64,000 bases of DNA. It comes from Escherichia coli (lineage in GTDB: Bacteria > Pseudomonadota > Gammaproteobacteria > Enterobacterales > Enterobacteriaceae). Both the position numbers and the translations under genes were made by a program. The stretch lies in assembly GCF_003790525.1 (NCBI RefSeq), contig NZ_CP033635.1; one strand, written 5' to 3'. The notes beneath the pieces were generated by a model. The model had not been told where the DNA came from and ran no database searches. It was given only the letters and a program-made list of their open reading frames with translations. Of this stretch, positions 19,557-28,929 are shown piece after piece (the first letter of the stretch is position 1; each line of letters starts with the position of its first letter).

Positions 19557-19633
19557 CGACACTGCTCCTGAACGATAATTGCGTATATTCTGTAATTAAG
19601 ATAATTGCATATCTTCTGCAATTAAACAGAAAC

Positions 19634-19675
19634 ACCCTGCAGTCTATTGCTGCAGGGTTGTCTGTTATCTGTTTT
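19634..19675 (+). terminator. Rho-independent terminator downstream of the tia-like gene
   Basis: Perfect 9-bp stem accctgcag / ctgcagggt with a 7-nt loop, followed by a T-rich tract. Confidence 0.5.
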
Positions 19676-19737
19676 ACAGATAATTTCTGATTTTTATTAT
19701 CCTGTTCTCTTCATAATAATGTTGTCGATATACTCCG

Positions 19738-21240
19738 ATGAATATCAGAAAACTGTTTTGTCCGGGCGACACACCCCGGATTTTATTGTTTTTATTCTTT
19801 TTTGTTATTTCTGTGATAATCACAATTGCATGCGGATACACTGAGAAGAATGCCACAGGAAATGTGCTGCTTCTGTTTCTCCTTCTGCTCCTTGCACACA
19901 GAAATACCCTCACATCCATTACAACGCTGTTATTTCTGTTCTGTTGTGCACTGTATGCGCCTGCGGGTATGACGTACGGTAAAATCAACAACAGTTTTAT
20001 TGTCGCGTTGCTGCAGACCACGGCTGATGAGGCTGCAGAGTTTACCGGGATGATTCCTGTTTATCATTTTCTGGTCAGTGCCGCGATTCTGGTATTCATG
20101 GTGATTTTCTGGCGGACACACCACCGCGGTCACCGTAACTGGCTGGCACTGCTGCTGTTCGTATTATGCTCTGTAAACAGCTGGCCGTTGCGGATGGTTA
20201 AAGGAACTGTTGTGGGGACAACTGACACATTGCGTGAAATGCAACATTATAAACAACTGAGTCAGCACGGGGCTGACAACTGGAAAATCCTGCCGGGAAC
20301 ACCGTTATATGACACAATTGTTATTGTCACTGGTGAGAGTGTGCGCAGGGATTATATGTCGGTATATGGCTATCCCGTGCCAACCACGCCGTGGCTGAAT
20401 ACGGCTCCCGGTTTATTTATTGACGGCTATACATCGGCAGCAGCCAGTACCGTACCTTCCCTGAGCCGGACACTGATTTATGACTATGAGCAGAACCCTG
20501 ACTCCGGCAACAACGTGGTGGCGCTGGCAGCAAAAGCAGGATACAGCACATGGTGGATATCCAATCAGGGAAAGCTGGGGGAGCATGATACACGCATCTC
20601 TGTTATTGCTTCTGATGCGGAGCATACCGTTTTCCTCAAGAAAGGCAGCTTTGCTTCCCGTAAAACGGATGACATGTTGTTGTTACAGGAAACAGAACGT
20701 GCACTGGCGGATAAATCCTCTCCGAAGGTGATATTCCTGCACATGATTGGCTCTCATCCGAATCCGTGTGACCGACTTAACTCCTGGCCGAATCATTACC
20801 TGGAGCAGTATCCCCGAAAGGTTGCCTGTTACCTCGCCAGCATCAGTAAACTGGATAACTTTCTCGGTCAGCTTGATGGTATCCTTCGCCGGCATTCCCG
20901 TCATTTCGTCATGCTTTACTTTTCTGACCATGGGCTGTCGGTCAGCGACAGTGCTAATCCTGTTCATCATGATGGTCATGTGCAGGGAGGCTACAGCGTT
21001 CCCCTGATTATTACCGCCAGTGATATCACGTCTCATCAGTCCGTCAGCAGAAAAATCAGTGCCCGTCATTTCGCAGGTATTTTTCAGTGGCTGACCGGCA
21101 TTCGTACTGAAAATATACCGCCATTCAATCCGCTGACAGACGAAGATAATGAACCCGTTATGGTTTTTAACGGAGAGAGGAATGTACTGGCAGACAGTCT
21201 GAAACCACAGCCTCTGATTCTTCCGGTCAAGGGAAAATAA
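19738..21240 (+). CDS. Sulfatase-superfamily phosphoethanolamine transferase (EptA/YhbX-like membrane protein)
   Basis: 500 aa; hydrophobic N-terminal domain with several TM helices followed by a periplasmic sulfatase-like domain (VIVTGESVRRDYMSVYGY..., HMIGSHPNP..., LYFSDHG). Start codon is uncertain. Confidence 0.65.
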   Translation: MNIRKLFCPGDTPRILLFLFFFVISVIITIACGYTEKNATGNVLLLFLLLLLAHRNTLTSITTLLFLFCCALYAPAGMTYGKINNSFIVALLQTTADEAAEFTGMIPVYHFLVSAAILVFMVIFWRTHHRGHRNWLALLLFVLCSVNSWPLRMVKGTVVGTTDTLREMQHYKQLSQHGADNWKILPGTPLYDTIVIVTGESVRRDYMSVYGYPVPTTPWLNTAPGLFIDGYTSAAASTVPSLSRTLIYDYEQNPDSGNNVVALAAKAGYSTWWISNQGKLGEHDTRISVIASDAEHTVFLKKGSFASRKTDDMLLLQETERALADKSSPKVIFLHMIGSHPNPCDRLNSWPNHYLEQYPRKVACYLASISKLDNFLGQLDGILRRHSRHFVMLYFSDHGLSVSDSANPVHHDGHVQGGYSVPLIITASDITSHQSVSRKISARHFAGIFQWLTGIRTENIPPFNPLTDEDNEPVMVFNGERNVLADSLKPQPLILPVKGK

Positions 21241-21598
21241 GCGTAATGTTCATCACCAGATTATGTACGATGAGTTTTCCACTGTTTATAGCAATTATCT
21301 TGCTAATAACCAGACAGGAGTAACCAGACCAACCGAAAACACCGGGGAGGTGATTACCCGCTGGCAGAGGAAATCCGGTTTTTTTGATGTCAGCCATAAC
21401 GTGTTTGACAATAAAGCATTATGAAAGGGTGTTAATGAGTCCATGGGATAATTCATAAAAATAATTTACTGTGTTATCCTTTTCAAAAGAAATATTCAGA
21501 AGATAACCCCTGGCTGACAACCAGGGAAAGGGGACATTAACAGTATTATTATTGGTGGATAAATTATTACTTGTGTGCAGGATACACTAATGCAATAT

Positions 21599-22642
21599 CT
21601 ACTGATACTGTATGCCAGAATGTTTCCTGCCTGCTGCTGAAAACGGCAATATCCAGGGCCAGACATATTCACCATTCATATTTCTGCATTTCTGTACAAT
21701 TTTCTCAGAAAGCGTCTCATCAATTCTTTCACGCAACTTCTCCTGCTGTCTTAAAATACTTTCGTATATTTCGAAATCATCTTCCTGCATCAGCATTTCG
21801 GCGCATTTAATGATTTCTGCCCGTTCATGCAGCACAGAGGAATGGTTATAGAGCCAGTTTACAAACAGCAATGCTTCCGGATATTGTCCCCATAATGGTG
21901 AGTATGTTGTATAATAATCTTCGGCAGTATCCGGCCCTGCAGAATAGTTATGCCATACAGCAAGAGGAAATGGATGCAGATTTCCGCACAGCATTTCCGC
22001 GATGTAAGTATTTGCCGCAAATCCGCGACGAAATGCAGTTGCAGCTTTTACCAGTTCCCCATTAAGAAAATGCAGAAGACCAAGTTCATACCAGTAAGGT
22101 GAAAATTCATCAGCATGTTTTTTCAGTACACTGAAGGCTCGCTCATGATCACCTGTTCGTAACAGTTCTGAACCCAACAACCAGCGGGCACCCTGATTAT
22201 CTTCAGGATTGTATGCCAGTATTTTATCAGTAAGCATAACCGCATCCTGATGACGCTGTAAGTGCACATTTGCGAGAATTGCTGCATAAAGCGCGCGCAG
22301 ATAAGGCCGGTTTTCGGGATGCATCCAGATGATTTCACCACTGAAACTTTCCGGGATGAGACGATTACCGGCCGCCAGTCCTTTAAGCGCGGCGTTCAGA
22401 GCCTTACGCGGGGCATTCTGCTCCAGAAATGCATATGCCAGATGAGCGTGTATATCAATAAAGTCAGGCTCCCGTTGAGCAAGATGCCTGAGTTTGTTGA
22501 TGTAACTCGTCTCGCTGATTTCATCAGTGTCGTATGCATCAAGCACTTCTTCAAACTCCCCCAGTAATGGGCCAAACCAGGTATCCGGAAATACGAAATA
22601 ACCCTTGTTATCGTGCACTTCAAAGCATAATCTATCGTTCAT
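21599..22642 (-). CDS. Hypothetical protein, predicted helical-repeat (TPR-like) fold, no signal peptide
   Basis: 347-aa ORF with no family recognised by eye. Lies between the integrase and the PEtN transferase and is flanked by AT-rich intergenic DNA. Confidence 0.5.
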   Translation of the reverse strand: MNDRLCFEVHDNKGYFVFPDTWFGPLLGEFEEVLDAYDTDEISETSYINKLRHLAQREPDFIDIHAHLAYAFLEQNAPRKALNAALKGLAAGNRLIPESFSGEIIWMHPENRPYLRALYAAILANVHLQRHQDAVMLTDKILAYNPEDNQGARWLLGSELLRTGDHERAFSVLKKHADEFSPYWYELGLLHFLNGELVKAATAFRRGFAANTYIAEMLCGNLHPFPLAVWHNYSAGPDTAEDYYTTYSPLWGQYPEALLFVNWLYNHSSVLHERAEIIKCAEMLMQEDDFEIYESILRQQEKLRERIDETLSEKIVQKCRNMNGEYVWPWILPFSAAGRKHSGIQYQ

Positions 22643-23053
22643 TTTCTGAGCCTGTAAAACATGTGGTGATATAGTCTGAGAGCATAAAAGTTGAGATTCT
22701 GTGTATCAAGTCCTGTCTTGGCACCGAATGAATATTGCTTACGAAGCCCCTTCATGCTTTCCTTGAGAACAATAATTTTATCTTTATGTGAATCTCATTT
22801 TTTATAATGATGTCAGATGATTGAAATGCTAAATTATATCTGAATCAACTTTTCCTTTGCTAAAGGTATCGAAATAACTGCAAGATTGTATTTTGTAATT
22901 GCCAATTTAAAAATGTCAATTTGTTTTTAATTATGTTTTTGTAATAAGTTTGAAGACACAAAAAAATAATATAATAACAAAAATCCTCCAGCCTTGTAGG
23001 CCAGAGGATAAAATACTTAATTGAGGAAAACATCAGGGAAAAGTATTTCTGAC

Positions 23054-24238
23054 TTAACTTTCCCGGCTGGAGAGTGAATCAATGTAATCAGCGTACCATT
23101 GCATCATTTCACGGCGGCCATCGAGATACAGGGCATGATTATAGGTACCCCTGATGGAATTTTTATCCACATGAGCTAACTGCATTTCAATCCAGGCGGA
23201 GTTAAAGCCTTGTTCATGCAGAATTGTACTCATGGTGTGTCTGAAACCGTGCCCTGTGAGTCTTCCCTTATATCCAAGTAATTCAATTACTTGGTTAATG
23301 CTTTCCTTACTAATTGGTTTGCGGGGATCATTTCTACCGATAAAGACTAGGGGATGATGTTTTGAGATTGGTTCAAGCTGCTTAAATAGCATAATAACCT
23401 GCTCAGAGAGCGGCACAATATGAGGTCGCTTCATCTTCATTACTTCTGCCGGGATCTCCCACAATTTTGTCTCAAAATCGATATCTTCCCAGCGTGCAAA
23501 ACGCAGTTCTTGTGTTCGTACGCCGGTTAACATAATGATCTGAGTAGCTGTCTTAGTGATTATACTTCCGGTATAACCCGCCAGATCGTTGAGGAAGTGG
23601 GGAAGTTCATTAGCAGTAAGAAAGGGAAAATGTACTTTTTTCGGTGTAGCTAAAGCACTGGCAAGATCGGGGGCTGGGTTATAGTCTGCCCGGCCAGTAA
23701 CAATTGCATAGCGGAACACCTCACCACAGCGCTGGCGGACCTTGCGCATTTTCTCCAGAGCTCCACGTTTTTCCATTTTACGCAGTGCTTCCAGTAACTC
23801 CATTGGTTTGATTTCGGCAATAGGGCGCTTGCCAATGTAGGGAAAAATGTCTTTTTCAAAGGTATCAATGATTTCATCACGATAGCGTAATGACCACCGA
23901 TCGGCTTTTGACTGGTGCCATTCGCGAGCAATAGCCTCGAACGTATTTTTCAGACTTATTTGCTGCGCGATTTTTTCTTCCTTTTTTGCCTCCCCTGGAT
24001 CGCCTCCAGCAGCGAGGAGTTTCCTGGCTTCACTGCGTTTCTCGCGAGCATCGGCTAGCGTTACATCGGGGTATACGCCAATAGAAAGCATCTTTTCTTT
24101 ACCAGCAAAGCGGTACTTCATGCGCCAGTATTTAGAACCATTAGTGTTAATCAGTAGATACATACCGCCGCCATCAGCAAGCTTATAGGGTTTGTCTTTG
24201 GGTTTTGCGGTTTTCACTTTGATATCGGTTAATGCCAT
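23054..24238 (-). CDS. P4-type (tyrosine recombinase) integrase next to tRNA-Sec
   Basis: 394 aa; N-terminus MALTDIKVKTAKPKDKPYKLADGGGMYLLINTNGSKYWRMKYRFAGKEKMLSIGVYPDVTLADAREKR is the classic P4/CP4-57 integrase N-terminal domain; C-terminal catalytic region has GHGFRHT and LAH..........Y motifs. Confidence 0.9.
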   Translation of the reverse strand: MALTDIKVKTAKPKDKPYKLADGGGMYLLINTNGSKYWRMKYRFAGKEKMLSIGVYPDVTLADAREKRSEARKLLAAGGDPGEAKKEEKIAQQISLKNTFEAIAREWHQSKADRWSLRYRDEIIDTFEKDIFPYIGKRPIAEIKPMELLEALRKMEKRGALEKMRKVRQRCGEVFRYAIVTGRADYNPAPDLASALATPKKVHFPFLTANELPHFLNDLAGYTGSIITKTATQIIMLTGVRTQELRFARWEDIDFETKLWEIPAEVMKMKRPHIVPLSEQVIMLFKQLEPISKHHPLVFIGRNDPRKPISKESINQVIELLGYKGRLTGHGFRHTMSTILHEQGFNSAWIEMQLAHVDKNSIRGTYNHALYLDGRREMMQWYADYIDSLSSRES

Positions 24239-24537
24239 GACATCCTCCGGCTTTTGATGAATTCATGTTCCTGAGGGGGATTTCTGCCAGTAACTAACCT
24301 GATACCCCCAATACACCCCTTGTATAACAAAGATGTTGTTAAAAGCCGTTGTTATGTATCACATTTTTCCTATTATGGGGGTGCTTGTATTTCAATAGGA
24401 AATAACACCCCCTAAAGTACCCCCAAAAGAAACTTGATACGGGGTGAAGTAGGTTGACCTCAGGATACAAATAAATACTGATATACAAGGGATTAGAAGA
24501 GATTTATTGACATTGGGAGAGTTCAGAAGAGGTAAAC

Positions 24538-24632
24538 TGGCGGAAGATCACAGGAGTCGAACCTGCCCGGGACCGCTGGCGGCCCCAACTGGATTTGAAG
24601 TCCAGCCGCCTCACCGGAGACGACGATCTTCC
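24538..24632 (-). tRNA. selC: tRNA-Sec (selenocysteine, selC)
   Basis: Reverse complement of 24538..24632 matches the 95-nt E. coli selC sequence (GGAAGATCGTCGTCTCCGGTGAGGCGGCTGGACTTCAAATCCAGTTGGGGCCGCCAGCGGTCCCGGGCAGGTTCGACTCCTGTGATCTTCCGCCA) as recalled. Confidence 0.9.
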
Positions 24633-24924
24633 GCGCCTCGATTGCTACATGGAGGCGGGGCGCATTATAGCTACTTCCTTGAGTTTCTACATCCCCCAGA
24701 TCAGTTTTTTCCGCCTAATACATGCAGCGTATTATCACGAAAGCATTATAGTTCATATAAAACCCATACTTTACAATGATATATGAGCGTAATTTACGCT
24801 ACCACGATCACATAAAACAAGAATCATAAATTAATAACCAGATATCGGAATATTCGCTCTCGCAGGGATGGTTTACAAAATGCGTTATCGGTCTCAGCAC
24901 CCCTATAGCATCAAGGAAAAGCAG

Positions 24925-26307
24925 ATGAAGAGTGAAGTGTTGTCCGTTAAAGAGAAAATTGGTTATGGCATGGGAGACGCCGCCAGCCACATTATTTTCG
25001 ATAACGTAATGTTATATATGATGTTCTTTTATACCGATATTTTTGGCATTCCTGCCGGATTTGTCGGAACCATGTTTTTGGTCGCTCGTGCACTGGATGC
25101 GATTTCCGATCCTTGCATGGGGTTGTTGGCCGATCGAACGCGCTCTCGCTGGGGTAAATTTCGTCCGTGGGTACTGTTTGGCGCACTGCCATTTGGGATC
25201 GTCTGTGTACTGGCCTATAGCACGCCAGATCTCAGTATGAACGGAAAAATGATTTATGCAGCAATTACTTACACCCTACTTACCTTACTTTATACCATCG
25301 TTAATATCCCTTACTGCGCATTGGGTGGTGTAATCACCAATGACCCGACTCAGCGTATCTCGCTGCAATCCTGGCGTTTTGTGCTGGCGACTGCGGGAGG
25401 CATGCTCTCTACTGTTCTGATGATGCCGCTGGTTAATTTAATTGGTGGTGATAATAAACCACTCGGTTTCCAGGGCGGTATCGCGGTCCTTTCCGTGGTG
25501 GCATTCATGATGCTGGCATTTTGTTTCTTCACCACTAAAGAACGCGTTGAAGCACCACCTACAACGACGTCTATGAGGGAAGATTTACGTGATATCTGGC
25601 AAAACGACCAGTGGCGTATTGTCGGTTTACTAACCATTTTCAATATTCTGGCGGTATGCGTACGCGGCGGGGCGATGATGTATTACGTCACATGGATTTT
25701 GGGTACGCCGGAAGTGTTTGTCGCTTTTCTTACCACTTATTGCGTGGGTAACCTGATTGGTTCCGCACTGGCGAAACCGCTGACCGACTGGAAATGTAAA
25801 GTCACTATCTTCTGGTGGACGAACGCCCTGCTGGCAGTGATTAGCCTCGCGATGTTCTTTGTTCCTATGCAGGCCAGCATCACCATGTTTGTCTTCATCT
25901 TCGTGATTGGTGTGTTGCATCAACTGGTGACACCTATCCAGTGGGTAATGATGTCCGATACCGTCGACTACGGCGAGTGGTGTAATGGTAAACGCCTGAC
26001 CGGGATCAGTTTTGCTGGCACGCTGTTTGTGCTCAAACTGGGGTTGGCCTTCGGCGGCGCTCTTATCGGCTGGATGCTGGCTTATGGCGGATATGATGCG
26101 GCAGAAAAAGCGCAGAACAGCGCCACGATTAGCATCATTATCGCGCTATTCACGATTGTTCCGGCGATCTGTTATTTGCTGAGCGCGATTATCGCTAAAC
26201 GCTACTACTCACTCACGACGCACAATCTGAAAACCGTTATGGAACAGCTGGCCCAGGGCAAACGCCGTTGCCAGCAACAATTCACCTCTCAAGAAGTGCA
26301 GAACTAA
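24925..26307 (+). CDS. yicJ: GPH-family (glycoside-pentoside-hexuronide) MFS symporter YicJ
   Basis: Start chosen at MKSEVLSVKEKIGYGMGDAASH (460 aa), matching K-12 YicJ; the track ORF extends 19 codons further upstream. Confidence 0.85.
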   Translation: MKSEVLSVKEKIGYGMGDAASHIIFDNVMLYMMFFYTDIFGIPAGFVGTMFLVARALDAISDPCMGLLADRTRSRWGKFRPWVLFGALPFGIVCVLAYSTPDLSMNGKMIYAAITYTLLTLLYTIVNIPYCALGGVITNDPTQRISLQSWRFVLATAGGMLSTVLMMPLVNLIGGDNKPLGFQGGIAVLSVVAFMMLAFCFFTTKERVEAPPTTTSMREDLRDIWQNDQWRIVGLLTIFNILAVCVRGGAMMYYVTWILGTPEVFVAFLTTYCVGNLIGSALAKPLTDWKCKVTIFWWTNALLAVISLAMFFVPMQASITMFVFIFVIGVLHQLVTPIQWVMMSDTVDYGEWCNGKRLTGISFAGTLFVLKLGLAFGGALIGWMLAYGGYDAAEKAQNSATISIIIALFTIVPAICYLLSAIIAKRYYSLTTHNLKTVMEQLAQGKRRCQQQFTSQEVQN

Positions 26308-26316
26308 GGAACGGCA

Positions 26317-28635
26317 ATGAAAATTAGCGACGGAAACTGGTTGATTCAACCTGGCCTCAATTTGATTCACCCGCTTCAGGTGTTCGAGGTTGAACAGCAG
26401 GGTAATGAAATGGTGGTCTATGCTGCCCCCCGTGATGTGCGTGAACGTACCTGGCAGCTTGATACGCCTTTATTTACGCTGCGCTTTTTCTCCCCACAGG
26501 AAGGTATTGTCGGTGTACGGATTGAGCATTTTCAGGGGGCGCTGAATAACGGTCCTCATTACCCGCTCAATATTTTGCAGGACGTGAAGGTCACAATCGA
26601 AAACACAGAACGTTACGCTGAGTTTAAAAGTGGCAACTTAAGTGCGCGTGTCAGCAAAGGTGAGTTCTGGTCACTGGATTTTCTGCGCAACGGCGAACGT
26701 ATTACCGGTAGTCAGGTGAAAAATAATGGCTACGTGCAGGACACGAATAATCAACGAAATTATATGTTTGAGCGGCTGGATCTTGGCGTTGGCGAAACAG
26801 TTTACGGTCTGGGAGAGCGCTTTACTGCCCTGGTGCGCAATGGCCAAACGGTAGAGACCTGGAACCGGGACGGCGGCACAAGTACTGAACAGGCGTATAA
26901 AAATATTCCGTTCTATATGACTAACCGTGGTTATGGGGTACTGGTCAATCATCCTCAATGCGTCTCTTTTGAAGTGGGATCGGAGAAAGTCTCCAAAGTG
27001 CAGTTCAGCGTTGAGAGTGAATATCTCGAATACTTTGTTATCGACGGCCCGACGCCGAAAGCGGTACTTGATCGTTATACCCGTTTTACTGGTCGTCCGG
27101 CGCTGCCGCCCGCGTGGTCCTTCGGTCTGTGGCTAACCACTTCATTTACCACCAACTACGACGAAGCGACGGTAAACAGCTTTATCGATGGTATGGCGGA
27201 ACGCAATCTGCCGCTGCATGTTTTCCACTTTGACTGTTTCTGGATGAAAGCCTTCCAGTGGTGCGATTTTGAGTGGGACCCGCTGACTTTCCCGGACCCG
27301 GAAGGGATGATCCGCCGTCTGAAAGCGAAAGGGCTAAAAATCTGCGTCTGGATTAACCCTTATATCGGGCAAAAATCCCCTGTCTTTAAAGAGTTACAAG
27401 AGAAAGGTTATTTACTCAAACGCCCGGACGGTTCGCTGTGGCAGTGGGATAAATGGCAGCCAGGTCTGGCGATTTATGACTTTACCAATCCGGATGCCTG
27501 CAAATGGTACGCCGACAAACTGAAAGGTCTGGTCGCGATGGGCGTTGATTGCTTTAAGACCGACTTTGGCGAACGTATTCCAACCGATGTTCAATGGTTT
27601 GACGGTTCCGATCCGCAGAAAATGCATAACCATTATGCGTACATCTACAACGAACTGGTGTGGAACGTGCTCAAGGACACCGTTGGTGAGGAAGAAGCCG
27701 TCTTGTTTGCCCGCTCGGCCTCCGTTGGTGCGCAGAAATTTCCGGTACACTGGGGTGGCGACTGTTACGCTAACTACGAATCAATGGCGGAAAGCCTGCG
27801 CGGTGGTTTGTCTATTGGCCTTTCAGGTTTTGGCTTCTGGAGCCACGATATCGGCGGCTTTGAAAATACCGCTCCGGCGCACGTTTACAAACGCTGGTGC
27901 GCGTTTGGTTTGCTCTCCAGCCATAGCCGTTTACACGGCAGCAAATCTTATCGTGTGCCGTGGGCCTATGATGATGAGTCCTGTGATGTGGTGCGCTTCT
28001 TCACGCAACTGAAATGCCGCATGATGCCGTATCTGTATCGTGAGGCTGCTCGTGCGAACGCGCGGGGTACGCCGATGATGCGGGCCATGATGATGGAGTT
28101 CCCGGACGATCCGGCTTGTGATTACCTTGACCGTCAATACATGTTAGGCGACAACGTGATGGTTGCTCCGGTGTTCACTGAATCGGGCGATGTGCAGTTC
28201 TACTTGCCGGAAGGTCGCTGGACACACCTGTGGCACAACGATGAACTCGATGGTAGTCGCTGGCATAAACAGCAGCACGGCTTCCTGAGTCTGCCCGTTT
28301 ATGTGCGTGATAACACCCTACTGGCGCTGGGCAACAACGAGCAACGTCCCGATTACGAGTGGCACGAAGGCACGGCATTCCACCTCTTTAATCTGCAAGA
28401 CGGGCATGAAGCCATCTGTGAAGTGCCCGCTGCCGATGGTTCCGTTCTTTTCACCCTGAAAGCGGCGCGTACTGGCAACACAATTACTGTGAATGGTACG
28501 GGCGAGGCGAAGAACTGGACGCTGTGCTTGCGCAATGTTGTGAAAGTAAATGGTCTGCAAGGCGGTTCGCAGGCTGAAAGTGAGCTGGGGCTGGTGGTGA
28601 CGCCTCAAGGGAATGCGCTGACAATTACGTTGTAA
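26317..28635 (+). CDS. yicI: Alpha-xylosidase (GH31) YicI
   Basis: 772 aa with GH31 catalytic region motifs (WIDMNE-like KTDFGE, HWGGD); conserved synteny with yicJ. Confidence 0.9.
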   Translation: MKISDGNWLIQPGLNLIHPLQVFEVEQQGNEMVVYAAPRDVRERTWQLDTPLFTLRFFSPQEGIVGVRIEHFQGALNNGPHYPLNILQDVKVTIENTERYAEFKSGNLSARVSKGEFWSLDFLRNGERITGSQVKNNGYVQDTNNQRNYMFERLDLGVGETVYGLGERFTALVRNGQTVETWNRDGGTSTEQAYKNIPFYMTNRGYGVLVNHPQCVSFEVGSEKVSKVQFSVESEYLEYFVIDGPTPKAVLDRYTRFTGRPALPPAWSFGLWLTTSFTTNYDEATVNSFIDGMAERNLPLHVFHFDCFWMKAFQWCDFEWDPLTFPDPEGMIRRLKAKGLKICVWINPYIGQKSPVFKELQEKGYLLKRPDGSLWQWDKWQPGLAIYDFTNPDACKWYADKLKGLVAMGVDCFKTDFGERIPTDVQWFDGSDPQKMHNHYAYIYNELVWNVLKDTVGEEEAVLFARSASVGAQKFPVHWGGDCYANYESMAESLRGGLSIGLSGFGFWSHDIGGFENTAPAHVYKRWCAFGLLSSHSRLHGSKSYRVPWAYDDESCDVVRFFTQLKCRMMPYLYREAARANARGTPMMRAMMMEFPDDPACDYLDRQYMLGDNVMVAPVFTESGDVQFYLPEGRWTHLWHNDELDGSRWHKQQHGFLSLPVYVRDNTLLALGNNEQRPDYEWHEGTAFHLFNLQDGHEAICEVPAADGSVLFTLKAARTGNTITVNGTGEAKNWTLCLRNVVKVNGLQGGSQAESELGLVVTPQGNALTITL

Positions 28636-28929
28636 TCTATTGAAGAATGCCGGATACGAATGGTTTTGTGTCGTATCCGGTAAATAATCTCACATCTGGT
28701 AATAAATATTTCTTCCATCGTATTTGCGAGCATGATCACGATTATTCATCACGAAAATGTGATCTGTGCTGAAAAATATCCCTTAACCGCCTTGCTTTGT
28801 TTTATCACTGTCCGGATTACGGACATATTTTAGTATTGTTGTGAAATTATTCTGCTTTATATTTACCCTCAGAGATGGCAACTGAAGCTCTTCCATATGG
28901 GGCTTCTTAATCTGTGATAAGGGTAAAAA

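Noticed and set aside
23650-23931. 93-aa minus-strand ORF
   Set aside because: It is nested out of frame inside the integrase gene on the same strand and has no independent support.
24239-24537. Possible att core or direct repeat between the integrase and selC
   Set aside because: The att site is expected to coincide with the 3' end of selC itself. No second copy of the selC 3' end was seen in the window; the partner repeat should lie beyond the window start.
28657-28690. Hairpin gccggatacg...cgtatccgg after yicI, considered as a REP element
   Set aside because: It only partly resembles the REP consensus. It is better treated as a simple yicI terminator-like stem-loop, and it is not listed as a feature because no clear T-run follows.
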